Positions 10,971-23,678 of a DNA stretch of 64,000 nt are shown here, piece after piece; position 1 is the first letter of the stretch; each line of letters opens with the position of its first letter. The position numbers and the translations under genes were made by a program. The DNA lies in contig OZ024740.1 of assembly GCA_964016885.1 (NCBI GenBank), forward strand, positions 57,722,001 through 57,786,000. Direction: 5' to 3'. The stretch comes from Eledone cirrhosa. Taxonomy: Eukaryota. The notes under the pieces were generated by a model. That model worked only from the letters and a program-made list of their open reading frames with translations. It was not told the origin of the DNA and searched no databases.

Positions 10971-12517
10971 AAACGTATAGAGGACACTACTCTGCACCAA
11001 TATTCTCCCTCCCCTTCCCTCATTAACTCACCCCAGCTTTAATGCTCTCTCTTCACCAGTTAAACAACCCACTCATCTTGTCCATGTGATACTTGCATTT
11101 ACAATTCCCTCCAACAGGCCATGCTACATTCAGTATTCTTTCATATTATGAGTGACTGTGCTTTTCACTGTAACTCTTTATATTTTATTATTCATGATTA
11201 TCATTTCTATATATTACATTATATAGCGTTGTTGTCTCTATATCATATCTCATAGGCAGATAGCACCATGATTACATTTACAGGCAACTATTTATGATAT
11301 ATGTATCTTGAATCTTAGTGGATATTTGAACTTCACTAAATAAATCCCTAATCAGGCCAAAGTTACTGGGGGTTATTGAAACATTTAATCCATCTGAAAC
11401 TGCCTTGGTTTTATAATACAAAACTGCTCATACTTATATTAAAACCTTCCATCATCATTTTATTCACGAAATTTGTGTTAAGTAATGTTTGAAACATCTG
11501 CTTACTAATGAAAAATATAGGCAGTATATTTCATTAAAAACATGGTAACAAAAGGGTTAATAATTTTTAAAGTAAAGCTAAATTTTTGTTATGTGATCCT
11601 TAAATGATAAATACAAGTTTCTGGAAAAGTTACTAAAGCAGGCAAACATTTTGTCAGATGTGCTTCAGATTTTTCCCAAAGCCAAACTTCTTTTCCTAAT
11701 TCCAAATTTAATAATCATTGGAGATAATCTAATGGAGAAAGTTTATAATACTAGCAATACAAAAGAAAGGAAACAGCAACCTTTCAGAAAATCAATGCAG
11801 ATCCTCACTCATGTGTGCCAGTGAAAAACTTTTTACTCAAGTGCTGCTACTCAAATGATTAAGAACAAAAAGGGAGGAATTCATTTTAAGTTTTTAGTCT
11901 GGCTTGAGGCCAAATGGAAACACTATTGAACAAATACCATCACCAAGAATAGGCATCAATGTCAGCTGCTACTCAAGAAAACATAATTGTGTGGTAACTT
12001 TTGTGAATGTTTCTAAAACATTTCATTGTGCAACGGGAAAGCAGTTCAAGCTATCCCAAGTTTCTATGAAACACGAAATTCATTCATTAATGTCATCATA
12101 GCAATGTACTTTAATACTAATGCCTTTGTTTATACTCCTTCTGGTGGAACAGTAATGAATTTGTGGCACCTGGCGTACTTTAGAGAAACTCAATTATAAC
12201 TGGCCTCTTCATAAATATTGTAGATTGATTATGTAAAGTGTGCATTCAGTTTAAAATAGGTATACCATATCCATGCGTGTTGTAAAAAGCAACTAGAAGG
12301 TTTAGTGTCAGGAAGAACATCTGGCTGTAAAATATTTCCTCAAAAAGTCCAGTCCAACCTGTGCCAGCATGGAAAAGTTGATATAAAAATGATGGTGATA
12401 TACATATCTACAAAACGATATAGTGTCAGGGGAAGACTATCCAGATTTCCTACTGTAAAACTTCCTATAACTACTGTAAAAAACTTCCTAAAACTACTGT
12501 AAAACTTCCTATATATA

Positions 12518-12745
12518 TCCAGTTTACTCAGCTGTAGAAATGAGATGATAGAGACTGGGGTTCCTATCATTCCACTGCAAAGTGGTCGTGGAGGTGCCAC
12601 GGCAAAAAAAGCACCCAGCACTCACTGTAAATGAGGTTGGTGTTAGGAAGGGCATCCAGCTGTAGAAATCAAGCCAGAATCAGTTCCCGTCCCACCCTTG
12701 CAAGCAGAGAAAAGTGGACGTAAAATGAAATGAATGAATGAATGA
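12518..12745 (+). mobile_element. 5'-truncated SINE S1 with RTE-A tail
   Basis: Matches 51203-51420 and ends cccgtcccacccttgcaagcagagaaaagtggacgtaaaatga. Confidence 0.85.
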
Positions 12746-13576
12746 ATTACTCTTTGTCGATGATGCTGCAATTTCAACTAACATTTTGGTAGGTCATAAA
12801 TAAATGACAAAGTTTGAAATAACATTTGCAAAGCATATCTATGAATCAACGAATTAAAAACAAAATTGTTTGTTGGTGGACTCACTCCTACAATTATAAA
12901 TAGCTTTCAGGTGCTAAACAAATTTTGATTATCTTAAATGTGACATACACATTATAAATACATTTAAAGAAAGATGCCAATCAGCATGAGTAGGTTGGGA
13001 GAACCCTTCAGCTGTGTCAAAGACATGTGACAACTTTCCTAGAGCTGGTGCCACGATAAAATGTACTTGGTAGAGTGCACGAACATTTGTAAGCAAAAAG
13101 CAGGCCCCTGGCTTATCTAAGGGATCAAGAGCTCCATTTTTATATTAACTTGGTCTACCACAACCTGCTCAACCTTTGCTAGCAGGGAAAATAGATGCTA
13201 AATGATGGTGATGATGATGACGATGGTGGTGGTGGTGATTATAATCATTCAATCAGTTCAATAGGAGTGAAGACTGAACAATAACACAAACACTATCAGA
13301 AGAAATAAATGATTTGTGATAGAAGTTCCTTTCTCACAAACAATTATATAATGAATTACTAATTTTCTCAAAAAACCTGGGCAGCAGTGTTTAGAGCTGA
13401 TTTCAAAATGCTGAATCTCAGAGATAACAAAGGAATTGTATAAGTGGAGTGAGGTTGCACATCCAACCATAGAAAGGACAACCATCCAAACATAGAAAGG
13501 ACACATCCAACCCATGCAAGCAAGAAGCAGATATATGATGATGATGATGATGTTGATGATAGTATTTTACATTTAA

Positions 13577-13796
13577 CCCTTTAGCATTTACAATACTCTA
13601 TATTTACTATTGGATTTTCATGGTAAAGGCTTTACTCACATGATTATCTCACATAATATCGAATCTATGAGATTTTGATATTATTTATTTTGAGAACAAA
13701 ACCTTAACATTAGTATAAGTGGCCAGTCACAGCCGGTTTGAACAGAAAGAGGTGAGAGAATTCTAGCCAGATACAGCCGGTTTAAATGCTAAAGGA
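13577..13796. mobile_element. TTAA-flanked MITE M1 (opposite orientation to the 3851 copy)
   Basis: TTAA|CCCTTTAGCATTTA ... TAAATGCTAAAGGA|TTAA. Confidence 0.85.
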
Positions 13797-14249
13797 TTAA
13801 AGATAAGGATTTAGCCAGATGCAATGTTTGGTTTAGTGAAGTTAATGACTTTGCTATGCATAGAGATCTATGGGGGGAAAAAAAGGATTGTCTTAAAGAA
13901 AGAAGGATGCATTGTAAAATATCACACTGAGATATACACTGAATAACAGGTAAGATAGTCATAACTCTTTTTAATTACAGCTGACTTGGGATTCAACAAC
14001 ATCTACTATTTCAGAACTAATGTATTTTCTCTGACTTGGATAAAAACAATTCTTTTACAAATTTTCAAAATGAACTATAAAATAATTAAAATAGGAAAGC
14101 AAAGAATAAATCAACTGCCAGAGTTGATTTATTGCAATATTAATAAAGCCATTATCCTATAAGTAAATAAATGTGTTACTAAAAAAAGAAAGTGCAGCAG
14201 ATTGTTACACCTTTCACTATACTAAGAATTGAAATACATTGTCAAAATG

Positions 14250-14400
14250 CTGTACATACACACACCTTGATTTCAGATTCTGTACACACATATATAAGTA
14301 CCTCGATTTCACATACTGTACATACACATATATAAGTCACACCTCAATTTCACATACTGTACATACACACATATGTAAGTCACACCCCAATTTCACATTC
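14250..14400. repeat. Minisatellite of about 40 bp, about 4 copies
   Basis: Unit ctgtacatacacatatataagtcacacctcaatttcacata. Confidence 0.85.
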
Positions 14401-14566
14401 AATATTCACAATGCACCATACATTTTCAAATGAAATTTTGTATGACCAGTAAATTAAGATGCATGTTGGCTTTTCACATCATATTTTTTTTTGGGGGGGG
14501 GGGGGGGGGGGTGACTTATGCATGAGCATATAAAGCTATATTTAGAAGAATTGTAAAATTTGAAAT

Positions 14567-14975
14567 TCTTCTTCTTATCATGTCCACAAGAGTGTCAGCT
14601 ACAAAGCTTGGCTAGATGTGGTTCCGCATCAGCTGAACACATTGCTGTCCTTTCTCATTAAACTTTGCCAAGTCCAATGTTGTGCAGGGGTGTTCCAGCA
14701 GGGAGCATATCAGGAGGTGCTGTGTAGTCTATGGTTCGATACCGCAGTCACAAACAACATCCCCATCCTTTAAATATCCCCATTTTACCAGATTGACTTT
14801 TGCACGACCAACACCAGATCTTAATCTGTTGAGGCATTCCCACACTGCATAGTTTGTATCTGCTCCAGAGGGCAGTGCCTCATTTGCCTTGAGCTCCATT
14901 GTTGTTACAGATGGGAGGTTGTTAAGTTTTTCTTCCCAGCGAGTGACTCTTTCACTATTTATGCTTGATGGAATT
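14567..14975 (-). mobile_element. Vingi/Ingi-like LINE 3' fragment (pseudogenised) with (GAA)n tail
   Basis: Minus-strand translation: ...LPSGADTNYAVWECLNRLRSGVGRAKVNLVKWGYLKDGDVVCDCGIEP*TTQHLLICSLLEHPCTTLDL...NHI*. This is a typical Vingi C-terminal W..LNRLR.G / KWG / CxC..H..C knuckle. Confidence 0.8.
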
Positions 14976-15239
14976 AATTAACTCTTTACTATTTCCATTA
15001 CTCTATATTTACTATTGTATTTTCACAGTAAAGGCTTTATCTCACATAATATTGAAGCTATGAGACGTTGATGTTACTTATTCTGAGGACAATACCTTAA
15101 CATCAGTATGGGCAGCATTGAAAGATTAAAATTTTAGAGAATCTAAGGACTATCAGAGAATTAAAATGAAAAGGGAATTAGATGTTTGGTATTTACCAAT
15201 TAATTTCAGAATATGCTATGGAAAGCCCAAGGATAGTAG

Positions 15240-15430
15240 TAATGATTTCTAATCTAGGCTCAAGGGGCAGGGAAAGTCGATTACACCAACTCCTGTATTT
15301 GATTGGTACATTATTCTATCAAACTCAGAAAGATGAAAGGCAAAGTTGACCTCGGTTGGATTTGAACCCAGGAACAAATGCCACAAAACATTTTATCCAA
15401 TGCTCTAACAATTCTGCTAATCCACAACCC
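15240..15430 (-). mobile_element. SINE S3, decayed
   Basis: gaaagatgaaaggcaaagttgacctcgg..ggatttgaac is the reverse complement of the S3 core. Confidence 0.7.
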
Positions 15431-18400
15431 TTATAAGAATGGTAATATTGACAGTTATGATATTCAAAGAGAGACAGTCAGGTATTAGAACCAATTAATC
15501 AACTTGGTTTGCCTGCAAATTACCTCCTACAATGCCACTTGACTTAACTACAGATACGTCTAAATCTCTTAACTTTCTCTATTGCATTAACAAGGCATTC
15601 GTGAAAAGTTCTAAACAGTGAGATGACTGTAAATATTCACAACAACCTTTCCATTTGTAAATATACTATAAAAATTTGATTAACAAACCAATTTTTAGAT
15701 ATTTTCTGCTAAACCATTACAGGATGTTATGAGTTAAATTAATTCAAACTTAACAAAATCTATTATAAGCAAAACAACAACTTCTGATAAACAAATCATC
15801 ACTAATATTCGCTTTTGTCATCATCTGTACTTATAGAATTTAAGCAATGACAACATATTCCTACCAACAATCCTGTTTAATAAAATAAGATAAACAGAAT
15901 AAATTAGATAATTTCATTTCATAATTTACATGACAATATTTTTTCTTTTTCATTATTTTCTTTCTTATCCACTATTCTGGAACATTTCCAAATTTTTACA
16001 CGTAGAAAGGCTATCATTTAATTATCTTCATTTGCATGTACAAAATTTTTGGCAAATGCTTCAACAATATAGCCGCCATTGATAGAAGGAAAATAAAAAC
16101 AAAAAACTCTGGTCATAAAAGATATCTGTAGTAAATAGGTTCAAATATCAGAGTAAAAATCAATAAAATCTTAGACTTTAATATTGATCTCATTTAGATT
16201 GCTTGTTCAATGTAGGATAAATTTTAATGTGTATTCCAGTCGACAAATTTTAAAATAGAGTGCACTCTACTAAATAAATTTTCTAAAATAATTTAGGGAG
16301 ATATTTTATCTCAATGATAAAAAAAGAAAAATGGACAATCGCAGTAATTATTGTTTCTAGATAAAAAAAATACGTACAAGAGAAACTTTTATCTAAAACT
16401 GAAAATAAATTTTCAAGACAAAGTAAAGTCAAAGATGATCACATGGACAGTGAAGTAACACAAGTAGATGAATGTACAGGGTTAAAGAATTCATATTTCA
16501 TAGTATTTCCAAGTTGTGAAAGGTTAAATAATTCACTACCTTTTCAAATTTGTAGTGGCACTGACCTGTTAGAATGCTTTAGAGTGAGCAGAAAACTAAT
16601 GCTTCAGGCAGTTAATTAGTGGTAACCGAAGAAAACTTAATCTACATCAAATTGATGTAGATCTAATGATATTAAAGATGAAGACAGAAATGGATACTAA
16701 TAGATATTATAAGGAATGACAACCATTAAGCACTTAAGTCAGGTAGTCATTGGTCTATTTTTAGTTGCCCACATTTGTGATAGTATTAATATTAACAACT
16801 GCAACTGATTGTGAACCTTTACTTATCAGAAGAAACCAATACATCAACACTTCATAAAATAAGAGCTATCAATAGATTATTTCATTATTTGTTATTTCAC
16901 TTTCATCCACTAAAAGCAAAAAGGTGTCATATCAAACTGGACTGGATCTCTGTTTTCAAGCTACTAATCTGTTTAGATACATCTCTCAATTAATATATAA
17001 TCTAGTTTAATACATCATGCCTTTAACAGAGTTTACTCTGTTGCAAGCATTTACAGCAGATATCTAGTCTGACAATAACTTATTCCCATAAGTCATTCAA
17101 AGAAATTTCATGAAGATTTTTTTAAATGTCATAAACACAGCCCTTCTTCTCCTGACTAATCTATTAAAAGGAAAAAAAAAATAATTTACAAACAAAATAA
17201 TAATTTTTTCGTTTTCTTTTCTTTCTTCCTGCTTTCTCTCTCTATACTTCTGATTTAAAATGAAAGTATTTACATGGATAATATAAAATAATCGACCCAC
17301 TTCTGCAGGGATATCTAGGACTACATTATCTAATGTGTTCTTTCTGTTTTTAAGGCGGTAGAGAATAATTTTCGAAAATTTGGTTGCTATATCTTGCAAG
17401 TCAAACAACCATATGGGGAGGGATGGTCTTCATATGCTCATGTCTGTTAGAAACTGATTTAAGGAAACCTGCTACAAATCACACTACACCTTTTGTATGT
17501 CCAGTGTATTGGATACACAATTTTGAGTTTCTTTGTACTCCTTATGTGTTATGCAAAGTTATTTTCTAGCTGTTATTGCAGTTTTAGGTCCTAGCTAACA
17601 CATTATTAATTCTTGTTTACATTACCTTCCAGATCTGCTGTTCCCCCAATAGGCACTACAATAAAAAAAATAATTTTCCAGCATACAGAAGTTATCATTC
17701 ATAGACATCATTCTAACTTAAGCCAATGGGGATCTCAACAAAATCCCTTGATCTGCTATAAATAATAGCTAAATTTCCTCAACTCAAATAAGAAAAAAAT
17801 CTGCTATAAATAACAGCTAAATTTCCTATCTTAAGTAAAGAAAGGACACATATAATATAGTGCTACATACTCTTAAAAAGTAAACAAAGAGGTCATAGCT
17901 GGAACACCTTTGACCATAGCTCAGCTCAATCAACAACTTATGTAACTGCTTCTTCCAGCCAAACAACAACTCTTCTCCAATTGCTCTTTTGATAATGGGT
18001 TTTTAAACCCGAAAATATTTGAGATAAATAAATTTGCTAAGGTAAAATTGTATCATCCTCATTCTTTCTTCTATAACTCATATTACCTTGGCACTTTTAA
18101 TCTTGTATGCATTGTAGGGCTTTCAAATATTTAAACTTATTTAAATTTGTATTTCATAGAGTTCTCTTTTTTTTTTCATTTCTATATATTTCTCATACAA
18201 TTGCATCCTTAGACATAACATTTCTGGTCCTACAGTGATATACAAAACAAAATGACACTATATTTAAGCGATTTGATATTGTTATTACTATAACACTCCA
18301 TAGTATCTTCATTATTTAGTCTATTAGTTGGATGTTACTGGAGTAACATATTCTTCATGTAACATGCCCCATCCTCTTTAACATCCACTCCAAATATCAT

Positions 18401-19489
18401 AAGTAGTACACAATGAAAGAGAGGTTTTGCACTCAACAGTGACTAATTTGCTTTCACCATAAATCCAAAACAAGGTCACTAGCTTTACCAAACCTAATAT
18501 TGCAACTAGCTTGATCCTCACTAACTGGTGAAATACATGTTTTTGTGAAGCTCCTCCACCACAATAAGGCTCTAATGGTTGGTGACAGAAAGGACATCCA
18601 GCTGTAGAATAGCTAAACATGGCCCCTGGCTCATCTGGAAGGACAATAGCTCCAATTAAGTACTGATTAGGTCTGTGACAACACATCCAAAACATGCCAG
18701 CATAGAAAAACAAATGTTGAATGGTAGCAATGATGATGTTGAGTGATGATGTTTGATGATGATGATGTTGAAAGATGCTGACGGATGATGATGAGGAGGA
18801 GGAGGAGGAGGAGGAGGAGGAGAAGGATTTAAAAAGTGACTTGTAATATATTTGCTCTTCTCAAAGCATGTTCAATTGAAATTCATCTTTTCGAACATAA
18901 AATGATGCTATTAGCTGAAAAAGTCTGTGCTGCTGCAATTAGCCATTCACATCCTAGTATTCACCACCATCAATTTTGTCTTGCTTTCTATGTTAGGAAT
19001 TACTGAATAGGTTTTCAATAGAAATGTCCTCCACACATCTTGATATTCAGTACACTGTCTGTTGACAAATTGTGTGTTGCATCAGCTATAATTTATCTAA
19101 TTTATTTTACAACTGGGTATCTTATTTAACCTCTACTATTCTGGCAAGATGTGTTAGGTGTCTGACACCAGCACAAGTTTGTCTTTCTTTTCCAAGGTCA
19201 GTGCCTCGTCTATATTTTTAGTGAAAAAAAAAAAGTAATAAGAACTTTTTAACACTTTTGATATCAACCTGTCTCAAACAACCCTTGGTTCTATGAAACT
19301 AGACCAACCATTTTAAAGGCTAAAATAACAGTTTGGTTCAAGTCACTTTTGGCAGAAATGTTATCTCACCAAATAATTGAGTATCATTCAAAATTTCTTG
19401 TACTAATAGGTTTATGACATTGTTAAGAGAGGCCAAGCACAAATTCATGAATAATACTTCTTTTAACCCTTTTGTTACCAAACTGCCAT

Positions 19490-19696
19490 AACTCTTTAAC
19501 ATTTAAACCAGCCATATCTGGCCAGAATTTTCTCACTTCTTTCTGTTCAAACTGACCATAACTGGCTGCTCGTACCAATGTTATGGTATTGTTCTCAAAA
19601 TAATATCATAATCGCGTAGCTGAGATATTTATGTGAGATGAAGCCTTTACTGTGAAAATATAATAGTAAATATAGAGTAATGTAAATGCTAAAGGG
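19490..19696. mobile_element. TTAA MITE M1
   Basis: Internal similarity to the 3851 copy; right end AAATGCTAAAGGG|TTAA. Confidence 0.8.
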
Positions 19697-19714
19697 TTAA
19701 TTCAAATACAGTGT

Positions 19715-20810
19715 ATCATCATCAGTGCTTAACGTCTAGTTTCCATGCTAGCATGGGTTGTCCAGTTTGAGGCAAGTGAGGTCAAGTGACTGTGTTTTGC
19801 TCATATAGAACTGTTTCTAGCTTGGTTTCTTTCGTTGGATGCCTTTCCTAATGCCAACCACATTTACAGTGTGCACTGGGTGCTTTTTGTGACAACTATA
19901 TGACTACTTTACATTGTGGGCTGGGTGCTTTTTGTCATGATACCAATACAATCACTTTACAGTGTGGGCTGGGTGCTTTTAGTTCTGGCACCAAAATGAC
20001 CACTCTACTGGGTACTGAGGCAGGAGATGTAAAGGCATGGAAAAAGGGTGGGGTGATCAGAATGTGGGTGAGGTGTTATGCATGGGAGATGTATGGAAGA
20101 GGGAGGGAGGGTAGCGGTTAAGTGGTGCAAGCTAGATGTATGTTTCAATCTGTGCACAAGGGAAGGTGGATCTTCTGCATTACTGCATACCACCAAATAT
20201 CTTGATCCTGTGTCATTGCCTTTGAGAGATGCAATTGTGCAAGGTCAGCTTTTATCACCTCATTCCAGGCCTTCCTATTCCATAGCTTCCATCAACTTTG
20301 ATCACCCGGCACCTTTTTATACAGTCATCATTCATACGCATCACATGACCATACCAATACAATCTCCTCTCTTGCACACTGTATCTGATCCCTCTTATGC
20401 CCAATTTCTCTCTCAGTTCATTTATGCTTTCCTGTTCATGTATATTACTATTACACATCCATCGGAGCATGTATGATTCATTTCTTTCCAATCTTTGCAG
20501 GTCCTCTGCACACAGCCCCGAGGTCTCATTACCATGCAGCATTACTGTTTGTATACATCCATCATATAATCTGCTCTTCATTTTTAGAGAAAAGCCTTTT
20601 GTAGCTAGTGGCGGTGGTAGCACTCTGAACTTTTTCCATCCCGTTTTAACTCTGGCTACTGTACTTTCAGAACACCCTACTCCACTGCTAATTTGGTCAC
20701 TCAGGTCACCAGCTATTTCTACGGACCCCTCTGGGCATTTAAAGAAGGTAGTGTCCTGCAAGCTTTTGCCACATACTGCACCTGTGCATCAGCCACATAT
20801 AAAACCTACG
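19715..20810 (-). mobile_element. Older 5'-truncated RTE copy (C-terminal ORF plus long 3'UTR)
   Basis: ORF 20255-20761 (GWKKFR...MLHGNET...RRLYWYGHVMRM). The end of the PHD finger (FICG*CTG) lies near 20790. UTR repeats and a (GAT)n tail near 19715. Confidence 0.9.
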
Positions 20811-21117
20811 TGTATATCATTATAAATATTGTAATGAAAGAATTAAATCTACATGGATATATATATAAGTTAAATATACATTCTTGCATTCAAGGGATCA
20901 TATATTGCTCCATGCTCAAGAGAAGCTTTCAAAACTCCAACTGCTTCAGAATAAATAAAATCGACTTAAAAACAAATTTTGTTTTTCAGAACATAACTAA
21001 TTAAATCAAGAATAAAAGGATAATCTAAAATGTTACTGCAAAAGAAATTAAGTTGCAATTAAATCTATTGAAAATTGTTCTGATATTATGTGCCAACATA
21101 AATACTAAATACTGAAA

Positions 21118-21372
21118 TAGGACACAAGAAAAGTCATTAGAAGCACTTGCTCTCCCTAGAAGAGCTATACTGGGTGACTGTTGATATAATATTAATTTTA
21201 TAACCATTAGAAATAATCTCAAAATAACTTTGAAATATAAAATGTAACCAGGACATGAAAAAAAGTTACTAGTAGAGCTTGCTCTCCCTAGAAGAGCTAT
21301 ACTGGGTGACTGTTGACATATTAACTTATAACAATTAGAAATAGTCTCAAAATTATTTTGAAATGTAAAATA
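21118..21372. repeat. Imperfect tandem duplication, unit about 130 bp
   Basis: cttgctctccctagaagagctatactgggtgactgttga occurs at about 21146 and 21278 with flanking similarity. Confidence 0.85.
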
Positions 21373-22889
21373 TGACAGCGATATATATGCTTTTTCTTGA
21401 AACAGAATATTGCTCTTATTCTCTCTAATCCTCTCCATTGGTAAGACTTCACAAACTAAAAAAGAAAATTATACAAAAATACTTTTGATAGCAATAAATC
21501 TTACTAAGTCTATTTACTTTTCACAGTCTACATTGTCTATGTTTGATTATTTTTTTTTATATTTCATCTTCTAAAAAGAATACAATCATAAGACAAGTTT
21601 ATTTTATCAGATCTAAATGAAAAATGTTTGTGACAATACTAAATCTTGAATAAATCTCAGCTTATAAAACAAATATAAATAAACAAGCAAATATAAATAA
21701 ATATATAAGCTTATTTTTTCCAGAAAAAATATATCTGCTTTGAAATAACATATTTATAATGCTTCGCAGTATTTCAATCAGGCTTGGCAATAAGATAACA
21801 TCTCAGCAAAGAGCAGTGCCTCTAAGAATGTGAGTTTTTCTTCCTTTTTTTTTTTTTTTGTTATCATTTTTAGTATTTTTATCAGGCAACATACAATATT
21901 TCAATCTTCAATAAATCCTGTCTATCTACAAGTCCAAGAGAAGATCACTTATTGAAGCAAAATATTTTCATCTTCAATAAAGATTTTTTTTTTATATATA
22001 TCGGATTCTGAGAATGATATAGATAAAATCTAATCTAATCCAATTACATCAAAAACAACTTTTATTCAGCTTTAGTTTCATTATGACCTACAACAGTTGA
22101 AAGTGCATTGAAGGCTCTTGGGACTTGAAGACTATGGTCATATATTTTCCAATATGACAGCGTATGACAATAAATAAATAAATAAATAAACAAAGAAATA
22201 ACAAGTCTCGAATTAACCTTGTGTTCAATGCTTCTAGTAATCAATAAACTCTGTTGAGGTACTTCAGGTAGAGTAAATATATGGTATTCAATATCAGAGA
22301 GCATAAAATTAGGGATACAGAGAGCAAACCGAGTTAATGTGAACTGGCAGTTTGCTTTCAGCTATGTTGCAGATAATATCTAATTGCAATGTATCTGACT
22401 AACAAATTGCCCAGTGTAGATTAAAAGGGACATTATGTATTAACAGACACATTTTACTGGCTGTGAAAGTAGAATCAACACACAGAAATGACAAACAAGA
22501 GAAAGCTAAGTATATTCAAGTGTAGAAATTCATGTCTCTTGATTATTCATAAACCTAGTTAAACAATGAAACATAAGCTAAATGGTAAAGAATTCTGACT
22601 ATTCTGCACACTAATTCCTGATTATATGTAACTAACTTGAATATATTGTCAACCACCATGAGTGTCCAGTTTTAACACAGTCACACCTGTTTATCCAACT
22701 AAATAGCTCTGGTCAGTACAAAGTTATCCTTTCTGACTTACACGCTACACATTTTTCAAGTCGTAAATTTTCATTCTGCTAACATCTAATTAGAAAATCT
22801 TGTCATAACTTCTGAATTTATATCTGAGAGATAACTAAAAAGATTTTCACCTCAAAAACAAAGTTGTTTTTTTTTCTCCTCCACACTAA

Positions 22890-23650
22890 CAGACCACCAC
22901 CCTTACTCCTGTAGTAGCTATTCCCTGTATCACTCTACCCCACTACTTCAACTCTATTCAGCATCACCTTCACACTTCCTAAAATCTAATACCCACCCAT
23001 ATCCCACTCACACACATGCACACTCTATCCAGGTTCATTGCCCACCCACCCACTAAACTCAGACACACCAGTCATAGCCACCACGCCCCAATACCTGTTA
23101 TCACCACAATACTTTCCACACTGCTAAAGGTTTCCTCTCTCATCCACCATCCCACACTCTGTCAAATCCTTCCATATTTAGCATCCACCTATGACATATA
23201 CCGTCAGCTCCACACCCATTACATACACCCCATCGCTGCCCAAGAGATAGGGAGGGCTCTTTAGTTGAGTCAATGATTACAACATCTCTAGTGTTGATGC
23301 TACAATAAATGCACCCAGTACACCCTGTAAGGTGATTGCCAATAGGAAGGGCATCCTGTTGTAGAAACCATGCAAAAATGGGTCAAGAGGACTCTTTAGT
23401 CATGCCAAGAACACAACCTCTCTATTGTTGGTGGTCTACATGATAAATGCACCCAGTACATTCCATAAAGTGGTTGGTGATAGGAAGGGCATCCAGCTGT
23501 AGAAAACCTGCTAAACAAAGGGTCAGGGGGAACGCCTCAGATATGCCAAGAACATGATATCTTGCGTAGTGTTGGTGCTACGATAAAATGCACATGGTCT
23601 GTGACAACATGTCCAACCATTGATAGCGGGGAAAAACAGATGTTAAACAA
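22890..23650 (+). mobile_element. Old RTE-type 3'UTR or bipartite element remnant
   Basis: C-rich tract followed by three degenerate head motifs (aggaagggcatcc..tgtagaaa) and a decayed tail. Confidence 0.55.
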
Positions 23651-23678
23651 TAATTATATATATATATATATATATATA

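Noticed and set aside
21025-21438. 137-aa ORF preceded by a plausible splice acceptor
   Set aside because: Its length is explained by the 130-bp duplication; no domain or donor site supports an exon.
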